Source of the DNA: a virus
Reading direction: 5' to 3' (one strand)
DNA: 64,000 bases
IMG/VR virus record: IMGVR_UViG_3300010885_039212
Span: 1-64,000 of that record
Shown: positions 10,623 to 20,569 of the stretch, piece by piece
Position numbering within the stretch: the stretch's first letter is position 1
Layout of the letters: every line of letters starts with the position of its first letter
Made by a program: the position numbers and the translations under genes
The notes under the pieces: generated by a model
Seen by the model: the letters and a program-made list of their open reading frames with translations, nothing else
What the model was told of the DNA's origin: nothing
Databases searched by the model: none

Positions 10623-10625
10623 AAC

Positions 10626-11399
10626 ATGGATCCATTAACCCTTTTTGCACTTGCCAATGGTGCTGTCGCTGCAGTTAAAAAAGGATGTCAACTTTATAAA
10701 GACATCAAAGGTGCTGCTGGCGATGTAAAGGCTGTTCTAAAAGATCTTGATGAACAGTTCGCTGCTAACCATAAAGATAAGCCAGCAACAGTTACACAAC
10801 GTAATGCTTATATTGAAGAAAAAAATCGTGTAATTGACTTAAATAAAAAACAAGGTGAAACTGCTGGTATCTACCAAGAACTGGCAAATTACCTTGGAGA
10901 TTTCTTCGATGCTATGAATAAATGCATAACTGTCATCGAAGAAGAAGAGCGTAAAAATCGTGAAGAGATCTACGAAGGTGACGAAAGTCTAGGTCGTCGC
11001 GCACTGCAACTTGTTATAATGAAAAAACAACTTGATCAAATGAAAGTCGAGTTGCGAGAAATGATGGTATATCAGGCACCACCAGAACTTGGTGGTCTTT
11101 GGACTGATGTGAGTGAGATGATGGATGAAATGGGAGGTCAGCAAAAAAAACTCCTAACTGAAAAAATGCGTAGAGATGAAAGGGAAGCAGAACGCAGACG
11201 TAAAAAAATGAAAATGCTTCGAGATGAAGCCATATATGGATTTGTAACACTTTTTACTATGTTATTTTTTGGGTTTATGATTGCATGGGTAGTTGATGAC
11301 AGAATAAAGAAATATCCACAATATGGAACTGGTTGGATTCCAAAATCTGAAGACCAAAGAAAACGTGAATCTATGCCACCTGTTTATATTGGTCGTTGA
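10626..11399 (+). CDS. coiled-coil membrane-anchored hypothetical protein
   Basis: MDPLTLFALANGAVAAVKKG start, C-terminal TM. Confidence 0.65.
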   Translation: MDPLTLFALANGAVAAVKKGCQLYKDIKGAAGDVKAVLKDLDEQFAANHKDKPATVTQRNAYIEEKNRVIDLNKKQGETAGIYQELANYLGDFFDAMNKCITVIEEEERKNREEIYEGDESLGRRALQLVIMKKQLDQMKVELREMMVYQAPPELGGLWTDVSEMMDEMGGQQKKLLTEKMRRDEREAERRRKKMKMLRDEAIYGFVTLFTMLFFGFMIAWVVDDRIKKYPQYGTGWIPKSEDQRKRESMPPVYIGR

Positions 11400-11448
11400 T
11401 TGGAGGGAATAATAATGCATGTATTTGGTGATAACTTAAGAAGCCAAA

Positions 11449-11742
11449 ATGTCATTAATAAAAAAATCTTTAATTACAGCAAGCGTCGCAACGGCAGTTG
11501 TAACTGCGGTCGTGCCAGATAATTTTGATTTAAAGATCTCTGTACCGATTACAGTTGAAGCAAATTATGTTAAAAGACATGAAGAAATTGTTTTGCAAAG
11601 ATGTTCTTTAGTTGAAGAGAAATATGATAAATTGCAGATCTGTAGCTATAAATGTTCATCTACTGTTATACATAAAACTTATCGAAACAATAGTCGTAGT
11701 TGCCCACTTGAAATAACAGAGAAGGTAAAACAATCTAAATAG
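11449..11742 (+). CDS. hypothetical Cys-containing protein
   Basis: 97 aa ORF with a hydrophobic N-terminus. Confidence 0.45.
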   Translation: MSLIKKSLITASVATAVVTAVVPDNFDLKISVPITVEANYVKRHEEIVLQRCSLVEEKYDKLQICSYKCSSTVIHKTYRNNSRSCPLEITEKVKQSK

Positions 11743-11762
11743 GATACATAATAGGAGATTTT

Positions 11763-12578
11763 ATGAGAAAAATTATTGGGTTGTTTTTGATATTTTTGTC
11801 TTTAAATGGTTTTGCTTGGACTCAACGTCCACCACAAGACCCTCAAACTTGTAAGGTTCACGCACCTTATGGTTTTCCGCAAACAGCTGGTATTCAACCA
11901 ATTTGTCGTCAGGCATATCTTGTTGGTTACGACGCACCAGCTAAATTACCACGATACGTAACTTACGAATTGCTACCGCAAAATGCATTGGGCTGTGTAG
12001 CACGTACAAACGCATTTGTAATTGATCAATCAATTCAAAATGGTGCACGTCCAGATGATTACATAGGAACTGGATACGACAAAGGTCATATGAGTCCAGA
12101 TGGCGATTTATCTTGGGATGTACAAGTAGAGTTTGAATCATTCCTAATGACAAATATGTCACCGCAAGCAGGTTCATTGAATCGTGGTATCTGGAAACTA
12201 CTGGAGACCTCTGTTCGTGGATGGGTTGTTCAACGTAATCAATCATACACGATTTACGTAGGTGGTGTTTACAATGCTCAAGATAAAACGATTGGCAATG
12301 GTGTTGTAGTTCCACATGCCTTCTACAAGATTGTTATCAATAATCAAACCAATGAAGTTGCAGGTTGGATGTTCCCGCATAATCCTCCATATCCAAATCT
12401 TGGAAATGATATGACTAAGTTTAGACTTCCAATTGCACAGATTCAATCTGAAGGTGGAGTTAAATACGCATTTCCAGCTAATGCAAAAGAACTGCAACCT
12501 GGACAAGAATGGCCAGTTGACTTTGGTGCATTGACCAAAGCAAAACGTGCTAAATGTGGTGCTAACGCCACTGACTAA
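11763..12578 (+). CDS. DNA/RNA non-specific endonuclease (NucA/EndoG family) with signal peptide
   Basis: YDKGHMSP, NMSPQAGSLNRGIW, VPHAFYKI; AGGAG RBS. Confidence 0.9.
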   Translation: MRKIIGLFLIFLSLNGFAWTQRPPQDPQTCKVHAPYGFPQTAGIQPICRQAYLVGYDAPAKLPRYVTYELLPQNALGCVARTNAFVIDQSIQNGARPDDYIGTGYDKGHMSPDGDLSWDVQVEFESFLMTNMSPQAGSLNRGIWKLLETSVRGWVVQRNQSYTIYVGGVYNAQDKTIGNGVVVPHAFYKIVINNQTNEVAGWMFPHNPPYPNLGNDMTKFRLPIAQIQSEGGVKYAFPANAKELQPGQEWPVDFGALTKAKRAKCGANATD

Positions 12579-12708
12579 AAATGAAACTACACAAGTTACG
12601 TAAAAAATTATACCGAGCCATTTTTCAACATAATTTAAATGCTGAGAAAAGGGTTTGGTATAAAATTCTTAAAAAATCTGTCAAACATAAACATACAGAG
12701 GATATTAG

Positions 12709-13050
12709 ATGAAAAAGTTTTTACTAATAAGCGTATTAGTTCTTTCTGGTTGTTCGATATTATTTCCGATCCCACATGATCCAGTGATGTTTGACTCAAT
12801 TGTTTCAACTAAAATTGCAGTTGAAAATTTAAAATGTGACAACAAAGACTGGACAGACACACAACAAAAGATTCATCAACTTAAAGTATATACTCAACTG
12901 AGGAAAGATCCTCAGGCAGAATCAGTTGCTCAGTTAGAAGAAGCTATTGGTAAAGCCAAGGATACTAAAAATCCTATATTTTGTGAAAGCATTTTAAAAA
13001 TCAATAAAACCAGAGTCGATGTTATAGTTGACGCATGGAAAGGAAGATAA
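12709..13050 (+). CDS. lipoprotein
   Basis: Lipobox LSGC. Confidence 0.7.
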   Translation: MKKFLLISVLVLSGCSILFPIPHDPVMFDSIVSTKIAVENLKCDNKDWTDTQQKIHQLKVYTQLRKDPQAESVAQLEEAIGKAKDTKNPIFCESILKINKTRVDVIVDAWKGR

Positions 13051-13278
13051 ATGTTAGAACAACTACGAGAAGTGGCAGGAATGGGTGGTCCAGCAGCATC
13101 ATTGGCAAATGAGTTGTTGGTTCTCAATGAACAATATACTACTGGTAATCTTAACAAAGAAGAATATCAGTATCTAGTTCAACAAATCGGTGAAGTACGT
13201 GCGTCACAAGAATTAGCCAGTGATGAGCAGGCATGTAGATTCATTGTTAATGCTGCACAAATGATTTTTATGGTCTGA
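13051..13278 (+). CDS. hypothetical protein
   Basis: 75 aa, abuts neighbours. Confidence 0.55.
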   Translation: MLEQLREVAGMGGPAASLANELLVLNEQYTTGNLNKEEYQYLVQQIGEVRASQELASDEQACRFIVNAAQMIFMV

Positions 13279-13949
13279 TGAAAAATCTTGCATTGTATGT
13301 GCGCCATCCAGAATGTTCTACGGATTGCGCATACGCAATGGTGCATGCTTTATCTTCAGATTATCAAATAAGAATATTTGAAGAAAAGGAATTAGACGAT
13401 GATTCTTTTTTCGACCACATTGATGTTATTGCTTTTCCTGGTGGAATTGGTGATAGCGACACATATCCTAATTTCTTCACTAGAAGGCGAGCGAATAGAA
13501 TCGCCAGATTCATATCAGATGGTGGTTGCTATCTTGGTATATGCATGGGTGCTTATTGGGCTGGAAGTAGGTACTTTGACATTCTGGATAATGTAGAACC
13601 TACTCAATATATCAAAAGACCTAACGCAGATGTTAAAAGAAGCTACGGAACAGTGGCTTCAGTCACATGGAAAGACCAAAATGAAAAAATGTATTTCTAT
13701 GATGGGTGTTCTCTGATTGGTGATGAAAGCAAATTTAAAACTGTTGCGAGATATGCCAATGGAGACCCAATGGCAATCATACAAGGAAGAATTGGTCTCA
13801 TAGGTTGTCATCCAGAAGCACCTTTGTATTGGTATGAAAAGCCATGGCAATACATAAATAAACACTGGAATGGTGGAAGCCACCACCAACTACTACTGAA
13901 TTTTGTGAACGAACTTACATCCCTCGAGCCAGAGGAAAAAACCCTTTAA
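13278..13949 (+). CDS. class I glutamine amidotransferase-like protein (BPL N-terminal-like)
   Basis: FPGG, YLGICMGAY nucleophile elbow, GCHPE. Confidence 0.8.
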   Translation: MKNLALYVRHPECSTDCAYAMVHALSSDYQIRIFEEKELDDDSFFDHIDVIAFPGGIGDSDTYPNFFTRRRANRIARFISDGGCYLGICMGAYWAGSRYFDILDNVEPTQYIKRPNADVKRSYGTVASVTWKDQNEKMYFYDGCSLIGDESKFKTVARYANGDPMAIIQGRIGLIGCHPEAPLYWYEKPWQYINKHWNGGSHHQLLLNFVNELTSLEPEEKTL

Positions 13950-13967
13950 AATCAATGACTTAGCAAT

Positions 13968-14030
13968 CCCTTACAATTCGTAGGGTTTTTACAACGTCCG
14001 CTTTACTTTAATTGCGAACTGTAGTATAAT
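13968..14030 (+). promoter_or_regulatory. early sigma70 promoter with upstream 19-bp palindrome
   Basis: CCCTTAC-N5-GTAGGGT (13968-13986); TTTACT(14002)-17-TATAAT(14025). Confidence 0.85.
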
Positions 14031-14036
14031 TCTATT

Positions 14037-14318
14037 ATGATGAATAAAAAGGAGTTAGTTATGAAACAGTTGAATGCCTACATTGCAAAAGCCAACCAGT
14101 GGAACGCCATCTTCAAAGGTGAGCAGTACGAGATCCAAACTTCACAGGGTCGCCAGCGTTTGGCAGACCGACTTGACTCTGACCTGAGTCCAGAAAACTT
14201 GACCTGTGATGGTGAACTTCCACGAAATGTCGTGCAAGCAAAGTACAAAGAATTGACTACTGTTGCTCGCCAACTCAAACAGTTGGATCCTTCAGTAAAA
14301 TTTTATGAGTTTGAGTGA
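14037..14318 (+). CDS. early hypothetical protein (true start probably at MKQLNA after AAGGAG)
   Basis: LSPENLTCDGEL motif typical of phage early proteins. Confidence 0.7.
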   Translation: MMNKKELVMKQLNAYIAKANQWNAIFKGEQYEIQTSQGRQRLADRLDSDLSPENLTCDGELPRNVVQAKYKELTTVARQLKQLDPSVKFYEFE

Positions 14319-14515
14319 GGTCTATATGAAGTACACTGATATCAGCGTTATGAAAGATGGTGTGAAAGTTACTGTATGTGAATATCGTAAACCTCGCAAA
14401 ACTCAAAAAACATGGTCCAGCGAAGTTGGTCATGCATTTAATTACGTGGGACTTCCTGGTCGTGGAAAAGCCAAAGGTAATTCTACAAAAACAAATCGTT
14501 TCTGAGGAGAAAATT

Positions 14516-14758
14516 ATGAGCAGAATGTCTGATATTGATATTGAAATTGTTGAACTACTTGAAGAAGGTTTAAAGCCAACTTCAATCGCTGGTCTCTTAC
14601 GCATCCCATTGGAAATGGTTTACGATGCGGTTAGTGCGTACGATGAATCATTGGATGAAAATGGTTATGATGAGTCTATGGATGGTGACCATGATAGCGC
14701 AATGACATCCGCTGGGTTTGGTACCGATGAAGATTATGGTTATTATGGAGATGAATAA
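14516..14758 (+). CDS. small HTH-like acidic protein
   Basis: GAGGAG RBS; MSRMSDIDIEIVELLEEGLKPTSIAGLLRIPLEMV. Confidence 0.6.
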   Translation: MSRMSDIDIEIVELLEEGLKPTSIAGLLRIPLEMVYDAVSAYDESLDENGYDESMDGDHDSAMTSAGFGTDEDYGYYGDE

Positions 14759-14993
14759 AATGGAAACTGAATTTTATACTGAGTGTGTTTATGACGAACG
14801 ACATGGTGGACCATATGATCGTGGTTCAGCTGATTCTTACTATGATCGCGATTTTGATCCTCACTACTATATCGCTGGTAGTTATCGTGGTAATCGTATT
14901 GAATTGAAGGATATGACCGTAGAAGAGATCGTAGCCTATACTGCAGGTTATCGTGACAATGAAGCAAGTGGCAACAAAAAAGATTGGAGTTAA
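14751..14993 (+). CDS. early hypothetical protein
   Basis: HGGPYDRGSADSYY motif. Confidence 0.6.
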   Translation: MNKMETEFYTECVYDERHGGPYDRGSADSYYDRDFDPHYYIAGSYRGNRIELKDMTVEEIVAYTAGYRDNEASGNKKDWS

Positions 14994-14994
14994 T

Positions 14995-15219
14995 ATGATT
15001 GATGATGCAGTATTTGTTCTTTCTGTTGTGGAAGAAATGGGTAGTTGCGAGAGAGAAATCCTCGGAGTATTCAGAGAATATGATGACGCAGTGAAATATA
15101 AAAACATTTATATTCGTGAGGCACTTGCAATAGACGATGATGATGTTCCCGATGAAGAACTTGAAGATGAAGCAAGTTATTGTTATGAATTTACAATTGG
15201 AAGGTATGTGATAGAATGA
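14995..15219 (+). CDS. acidic hypothetical protein
   Basis: GGAG RBS, coupled to the next gene. Confidence 0.5.
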   Translation: MIDDAVFVLSVVEEMGSCEREILGVFREYDDAVKYKNIYIREALAIDDDDVPDEELEDEASYCYEFTIGRYVIE

Positions 15220-15518
15220 ATAAGTTTGCAAAAATGAAAGAAATTAATGAAGTGAATCGAGAGATTCTTTTGATTACTCAAGAAGAATGTGCTGAAGTTA
15301 CACAAGCGATAAGTAAGGTGTTTCGGTTTGGCATGGATGACAGTCATAAAGGTGAAACTAATCGTGAGCATCTTGAAGAAGAGATCGGTGATCTTATGTG
15401 TATGATTGATCTTCTTATTGACCATGGAATTGTTTCTGAGTCAGCAGTAATGACTGCAAAGAATGAGAAGTTGAATAAACTAATGACTTGGTCTGGAATT
15501 TTTAAGGAGACTGTATGA
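15216..15518 (+). CDS. MazG-like NTP pyrophosphohydrolase
   Basis: EECAE...LEEEIGDL motif. Confidence 0.7.
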   Translation: MNKFAKMKEINEVNREILLITQEECAEVTQAISKVFRFGMDDSHKGETNREHLEEEIGDLMCMIDLLIDHGIVSESAVMTAKNEKLNKLMTWSGIFKETV

Positions 15519-15736
15519 GCGATATCACTATCCATGGAGTAAGTAAGCGTCAGAAACGTATGCTAAACATTATGTGGAACATCAAGTCTGAAGAAGACTA
15601 CTTTGAGTGGTACAACTCTTTGGATGAAGAATTGCAAAAAGAAGCAGAGTTGATGCAACGTATGATCATAATGGCAGAGTTGGATAAAGAAGAATTGGAT
15701 TTAACAGAAGCAAGGAAATTGTTGTCAAAATTTTAA
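15515..15736 (+). CDS. hypothetical protein
   Basis: AAGGAG RBS, 73 aa. Confidence 0.6.
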   Translation: MSDITIHGVSKRQKRMLNIMWNIKSEEDYFEWYNSLDEELQKEAELMQRMIIMAELDKEELDLTEARKLLSKF

Positions 15737-15753
15737 TTGACAGAAAAGAGGAA

Positions 15754-15897
15754 ATGATGTATAATAAACCTTTGAAACCTAAAAATCTTGTAGCAAAAGA
15801 TTTAAGGACTCCTAAGTACCGCATGCGTGTCGTGGAGTCAAAGATTCAGTACATTCGTCAACCTAAACACAAGAAAGGCAACTATGACCAGCTTTAA
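15754..15897 (+). CDS. ArfA-like basic peptide (47 aa; not in ORF track)
   Basis: GAGG RBS; MMYNKPLKPKNLVAKDLRTPKYRMRVVESKIQYIRQPKHKKGNYDQL resembles the ArfA core. Confidence 0.5.
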   Translation: MMYNKPLKPKNLVAKDLRTPKYRMRVVESKIQYIRQPKHKKGNYDQL

Positions 15898-16138
15898 TCG
15901 TGAGTATGAATATTTTAAAAGTGGTTTGCTAAAGACCATTACTGTTAAAGAACATCCAGATTTTGACACTGTTGAAATTAGATTCAAACAAAAATTGACT
16001 GAAGATGATGGTAGAAATATTATCAACAGTGATAATGTATGGTTCTTTACCAAAGAAGAATTCGAAAGTTTCTTTACACCTATTATTAATGATTTGAAAG
16101 CGAAATTTGAAAATGACAACTCTAACCAAACTGAATGA
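15884..16138 (+). CDS. hypothetical protein
   Basis: MTSFNREY start after AAAGG. Confidence 0.5.
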   Translation: MTSFNREYEYFKSGLLKTITVKEHPDFDTVEIRFKQKLTEDDGRNIINSDNVWFFTKEEFESFFTPIINDLKAKFENDNSNQTE

Positions 16139-16394
16139 AGATGAAGTACTCAACTCCCTGCGCACTAACCTCGAAGGCGTCCGAGTTCTATTCACCAAAA
16201 AAGATGGAACAGAACGAGAAATGCTCTGCACTCTTGTCTCAGCAAATATCCCAACAGAAAGCCAACCAAAAGAGTCAACGCAAAGTTCCAGCGTTGTTGG
16301 ATCCGCAGTTCGTGTATTCGATCTTGACATAAAAGAATGGCGATCTTTCCGCTGGGACTCAGTAAAATCTGTAAATGGAGTGTTGTATGATTAA
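16113..16394 (+). CDS. DUF2693/WYL_2-like SH3-fold protein
   Basis: FTKKDGTEREMLCTL...VFDLDIKEWRSFRW. Confidence 0.7.
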   Translation: MTTLTKLNEDEVLNSLRTNLEGVRVLFTKKDGTEREMLCTLVSANIPTESQPKESTQSSSVVGSAVRVFDLDIKEWRSFRWDSVKSVNGVLYD

Positions 16395-16617
16395 AATATT
16401 TGATGAACTAAAGATGAGTGGTGGTATGGGAACAGGAATTGCAATAATGTTCTTTGTAGCATTAATTTTAGCACTAGTGGCACTTGGTCCGCTGACTATT
16501 ATTTGGGCACTGAATACCTTATTTCCCGTGTTAGCGATTCCCTACACACTTGAAACATGGTTGGCTGTTGTTTTGATGCATGGTTTCTGCCATACTGTTC
16601 TAACCTTCAAAAAATAA
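16387..16617 (+). CDS. membrane protein
   Basis: IWALNTLFPVLAIPY, three hydrophobic segments. Confidence 0.6.
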   Translation: MIKIFDELKMSGGMGTGIAIMFFVALILALVALGPLTIIWALNTLFPVLAIPYTLETWLAVVLMHGFCHTVLTFKK

Positions 16618-16670
16618 CCCTACAATGTGCAGGGTTATCGCTTTACTTTTATTCAGTTTTAAGGTATAAT
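16617..16670 (+). promoter_or_regulatory. early sigma70 promoter with upstream palindrome
   Basis: ACCCTAC-N5-GCAGGGT; TTTACT(16642)-17-TATAAT(16665). Confidence 0.85.
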
Positions 16671-16695
16671 AAATTATATTATGGAGGTTTAACCT

Positions 16696-17832
16696 ATGGC
16701 TATGAATACTGCAAAACGTAAACAAGCGATTGCTCGTGCTCAGCAAAGTGCACTTGGATCAGAGTTTGTTTTATCTGAAGCAAACTACACACGTGATTTG
16801 ATCCTTGCATTAAATTACTACAACATGAATCATGACGACAAAGAAAAGAAAAAATGGTTCATCAGTCACATAGCGCAAGTTGACAAAAAATTGGCAGTTG
16901 CGTTATTGCGAGTCGATGAGTACCACTTTCGTCATGCTGGAATTCTTGCACGATTGATGGATGGTGGTTCAGTCCTCAATGAGAAAGAAGCCAACTATTT
17001 TTCTGAGCGTATAGAGTTTCTCAAATCCCAAACACAAAAGCGTCAAAAATCTGAGGATAAGCAAGCCGAGAAAGATGCTGACGCAGAAACTGCTAAACTC
17101 GCAACTAATGTTATATCGATTCAGCAACGCATGGAAGATAAAGCCCATGAGTATGCTGGAGAAATTGAAGGTGCTATTGATGACTTTGTTCTTGCTGGTT
17201 GTAAGAGTGATTTCTCTACCAAGAATTACTTACTTGCTAATCAAGTGGCTGGACCCATTGCTAAACGCATTGGAGAACTATTTGTGGGTACTGCCAAAGA
17301 ACTTCGTGAAGCGATTGATGGAGATGATGCGCAACTGGTAGAAGGTTACTCACACTTCAACAAACGTGAACTAAAACGATTTGCTGAGTTTGTTGAGACT
17401 ATCATTGCAGACTGTCAGCAAATGGTTCAAACTGCCAAGGCTAATCGTGCTCCACGCAAACGTAAAGAAGTATCACCTACTAAGTTGGTATCTAAGATGA
17501 AGTTTATGCGTGAGTTTGCAGAGTTGAGTTTAAAGTCTATCAAGCCAGATACCATTATCGGTTCAAGTGAATTGTGGTTCTATAACACAAAGTATCGTAA
17601 AGTTGGTGTATACAAAGCCATCGGTGATACTTTATCAGTAAAGGGAACATCTATCATTGGTTTTGATGTAAAAGAATCAAAGGTATTTACGCTACGTAAG
17701 CCAGAAGAATTCTTTAAAGGTCTTGCGATGGGCAAACGTGCATTAAATAATGCAATGAAGACTTTGACGACTAAACCATCAGCTCCAAATGGACGTATTA
17801 ATGAAGAAATTATTTTGATTGGAGCATTTTAA
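16696..17832 (+). CDS. conserved T4-like phage hypothetical protein
   Basis: 378 aa, GGAGG RBS, TLRKPEE and NGRINEE motifs. Confidence 0.75.
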   Translation: MAMNTAKRKQAIARAQQSALGSEFVLSEANYTRDLILALNYYNMNHDDKEKKKWFISHIAQVDKKLAVALLRVDEYHFRHAGILARLMDGGSVLNEKEANYFSERIEFLKSQTQKRQKSEDKQAEKDADAETAKLATNVISIQQRMEDKAHEYAGEIEGAIDDFVLAGCKSDFSTKNYLLANQVAGPIAKRIGELFVGTAKELREAIDGDDAQLVEGYSHFNKRELKRFAEFVETIIADCQQMVQTAKANRAPRKRKEVSPTKLVSKMKFMREFAELSLKSIKPDTIIGSSELWFYNTKYRKVGVYKAIGDTLSVKGTSIIGFDVKESKVFTLRKPEEFFKGLAMGKRALNNAMKTLTTKPSAPNGRINEEIILIGAF

Positions 17833-18041
17833 TGAACAGAGGAATAACAATACCTTTCGAAGTTGCCGATGAGATTGTGCTGGCTACTTTAAAACAACAA
17901 CTCCAGTATCTAGAGAAAGAAGTTAAAGATCATGTAGAGACAGGTAGTTGGATGCATCCTGAAGACTATCATAACTCTATGACTAAGTTAATTCCTTCTT
18001 TAAAAATAGTGATTGATTACTTTGGTGGAAATTTAGAATGA
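17832..18041 (+). CDS. hypothetical protein
   Basis: 69 aa, coupled on both sides. Confidence 0.55.
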   Translation: MNRGITIPFEVADEIVLATLKQQLQYLEKEVKDHVETGSWMHPEDYHNSMTKLIPSLKIVIDYFGGNLE

Positions 18042-18931
18042 TTTTAATTGATTATAGTCAGGTGGCTTTGTCCGCCATCTTGACTTTCCAACGTGAACTA
18101 AAGGGTACTGAGTCAGAAGTTAAAAATCTGATTCGGCACGTAACTTTGTCTACACTCAAATCATATAAAAAGAAATATGGTAAAGAGTATGGTGATATTG
18201 TTATTTGTTGCGATGGACGTAAGTACTGGCGTAGAGAATACTACCAGCACTACAAAGCAGGTCGTAAGAAAGCACGTGAAGCATCTGATCTTGATTGGGG
18301 TTTGATCTTTGATACACTGTCAGAAATGCGTGAAGACATTGCCAAGAATTTTCCATATAAAGTGTTACACATTGAACGATGTGAAGCAGATGACATCATT
18401 GCTGCATTGAGTAAGTATGCACAAGAAAATGAATTGATAATGGAAGGTCTGGAAGAAACTTCACAGAAGATTTTGATTGTTTCATCTGATAATGACTTCA
18501 AGCAATTACAGTTGTATCCAAAAGTAAAGCAATGGTCTCCGATGCAAAAGAAATATGTTAATGCAACTCAACGAGAAATTATTGAGTATAAGATTGAACA
18601 TATTGTTAAAGGTGATGCTGGCGATGGTATACCAAACATTCTGAGTAAGGATGATGTATTTGTTTCTGGAGAAAGACAGAAACCTATGTCAGCGAAACGA
18701 CTGAAAGAGTTTATTGATAATGGATTCATTGCATGCAAAACTGATGATGAACGTCGTAACTGGCAACGTAACATAACGCTGGTTGACTTTGATCATATTC
18801 CAGATGATGTTCGTCAAGAGATTGTTACAACGTATATAAATACTAAACCAACAGGGGACAAAATGGCAATTATGAATTATTTGATTGCCAACAAATGTCG
18901 TTTATTACTTGACGAACTAGAGGATTTTTGA
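18038..18931 (+). CDS. rnh: RNase H / 5'-3' exonuclease (T4 rnh)
   Basis: ILID, YKAGR, EADDII, SSDNDFKQL, GDAGDGIPN. Confidence 0.92.
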   Translation: MILIDYSQVALSAILTFQRELKGTESEVKNLIRHVTLSTLKSYKKKYGKEYGDIVICCDGRKYWRREYYQHYKAGRKKAREASDLDWGLIFDTLSEMREDIAKNFPYKVLHIERCEADDIIAALSKYAQENELIMEGLEETSQKILIVSSDNDFKQLQLYPKVKQWSPMQKKYVNATQREIIEYKIEHIVKGDAGDGIPNILSKDDVFVSGERQKPMSAKRLKEFIDNGFIACKTDDERRNWQRNITLVDFDHIPDDVRQEIVTTYINTKPTGDKMAIMNYLIANKCRLLLDELEDF

Positions 18932-19380
18932 TGAGAAAATATATTACACAGATGTTAGATGATATCAATGGTGATCCAAAGATGATTGAACAATACAAAA
19001 GTGATGGTGCTTTGCGTTTGATTTTTGAACATGCGTTTGATCCAGAGAAGAAAATGATTCTTCCTGAAGGAGAACCACCATTTAAACCATCAGCTGAACC
19101 ATTGGGAATGACGCCAACTAATTTGTTTAGCGAGTTGCGTCGTCTCTATGTTTTCTGTCGTGCAGATTTAAAACCTTTGAAAAGAGAAAGTCTGTTTATA
19201 TCATTGCTAGAAGGTGTTCATCCAACTGAAGCAAAGATGTTGATTGCAGTAAAAGATCAAGAGTTGCATAAACTCTATCCAAAGATCACGCATAAACTTG
19301 TATACGAGTCTGGCTTTGTTGCAAATGCACCTGTAAAGAAGGTTGCAACAAAAAAATCCGTGGCTGGAGCGACGCAGTAA
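18931..19380 (+). CDS. conserved T4-like hypothetical protein
   Basis: LPEGEPPF, KRESLFISLLEGVHPTEA. Confidence 0.7.
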   Translation: MRKYITQMLDDINGDPKMIEQYKSDGALRLIFEHAFDPEKKMILPEGEPPFKPSAEPLGMTPTNLFSELRRLYVFCRADLKPLKRESLFISLLEGVHPTEAKMLIAVKDQELHKLYPKITHKLVYESGFVANAPVKKVATKKSVAGATQ

Positions 19381-19427
19381 TGAAACTGAGGGTCGCCCAG
19401 CCTTGGTGGCAGAGGGTAATAAATCGC

Positions 19428-19456
19428 TTTACTTTAATTCATAAATAGTGTATAAT
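19428..19456 (+). promoter_or_regulatory. early sigma70 promoter
   Basis: TTTACT-17-TATAAT. Confidence 0.8.
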
Positions 19457-19485
19457 TAGTTATGGAAACGAAAAAGGAAAGTACC

Positions 19486-19842
19486 ATGAAGAAACTTATT
19501 GCAAGTCTAATCGTTGCTGGTTCAGTTATTGCGGTTCCAGCACAGGCTCAACATTATCAACATCACCATGGCTATCGCTGGGGTGGTGGTAGTTGGGTTG
19601 CCCCAGCAATTATCGGTGGTGTTATTGGGTATGAATTGAATCGTCCAAGATACGATCCATATTATTATCCACCACAGCAAGTTATTATTCAGCAACCACC
19701 TGTGATTTATCAGCAACCACAAGTGATTTATGGAGCACCAACTCAGGCTCCAGTAATGTCAATGCCTGGACAGGTATGTGAATTAAAGAGTGAGATGATT
19801 AATGGTCAGGTAGTAACAGGAAACTTCTGCTACCAAAAATAA
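19486..19842 (+). CDS. secreted Pro/Gln/Tyr-rich protein
   Basis: Signal peptide MKKLIASLIVAGSVIAVPAQA, WVAPAIIGGVIGY. Confidence 0.7.
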   Translation: MKKLIASLIVAGSVIAVPAQAQHYQHHHGYRWGGGSWVAPAIIGGVIGYELNRPRYDPYYYPPQQVIIQQPPVIYQQPQVIYGAPTQAPVMSMPGQVCELKSEMINGQVVTGNFCYQK

Positions 19843-19869
19843 ATTGTTTTTTTATAATGGAGTTATATT

Positions 19870-20562
19870 ATGCCAAATTGGTGCGACAATAGTGTCCGAC
19901 TAACACATTCGGATAAATCAAAAATCGATGCATTGGAAGCTGTTCTTCAATCTGAAGATAAGCAAGTCTTTCAACATCTGCGTCCTAGTTCCACTGGTGA
20001 ATGGGAATATGATTGGTCAGTAACCAACTGGGGAACCAAATGGGAGATGTCTGTAATCGATTGGGATCGTTCAGAAGATAACACGATTTGGATTTCATTT
20101 GAAACTGCATGGGCACCACCACTTGCACTTTATGAATTTCTTCATAGCGAGGAATGGGAAATTGAAGGTTTCTACCATGAGCCAGGAATGACATTCTGTG
20201 GTTGTTATAAAGATGGTTATGATGATTACTATGAATATGATATTAGCGATCTTGAATCGTTGGAATCAATTCCAAGTGATATTGAAGAATTCGCTGGTTT
20301 GATCGACTATCATCATGATCACATAGCCGATCAAGAAGCAGAAGCAGAATGGGAAGCAGAAGAAGCCAAGAAAACTGAATGGTATCCTGCTGATGTAAAC
20401 CCTTATCATATGGGTCGTTATGAAGCCAAAGATCCTAAGATTCCTAATTGGCCATTTCCTGAGTATGCAAATTGGGATGGAAAGAAATGGATAAATGATG
20501 AAGGTAAGAAAATCAAAGTTGCATCATGGCGTGGCTTAAAAGAAGAGCCACTAATTGATTGA
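19870..20562 (+). CDS. DUF1281/YubB ferredoxin-like domain protein
   Basis: MPNWCDN, NWGTKW, FETAWAPP, EPGM. Confidence 0.8.
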   Translation: MPNWCDNSVRLTHSDKSKIDALEAVLQSEDKQVFQHLRPSSTGEWEYDWSVTNWGTKWEMSVIDWDRSEDNTIWISFETAWAPPLALYEFLHSEEWEIEGFYHEPGMTFCGCYKDGYDDYYEYDISDLESLESIPSDIEEFAGLIDYHHDHIADQEAEAEWEAEEAKKTEWYPADVNPYHMGRYEAKDPKIPNWPFPEYANWDGKKWINDEGKKIKVASWRGLKEEPLID

Positions 20563-20569
20563 GAATGTT

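Noticed and set aside
13947-13963. AAAATCAATGACTTAG recombinase-site-like motif
   Set aside because: Single copy noticed and no integrase in the window.
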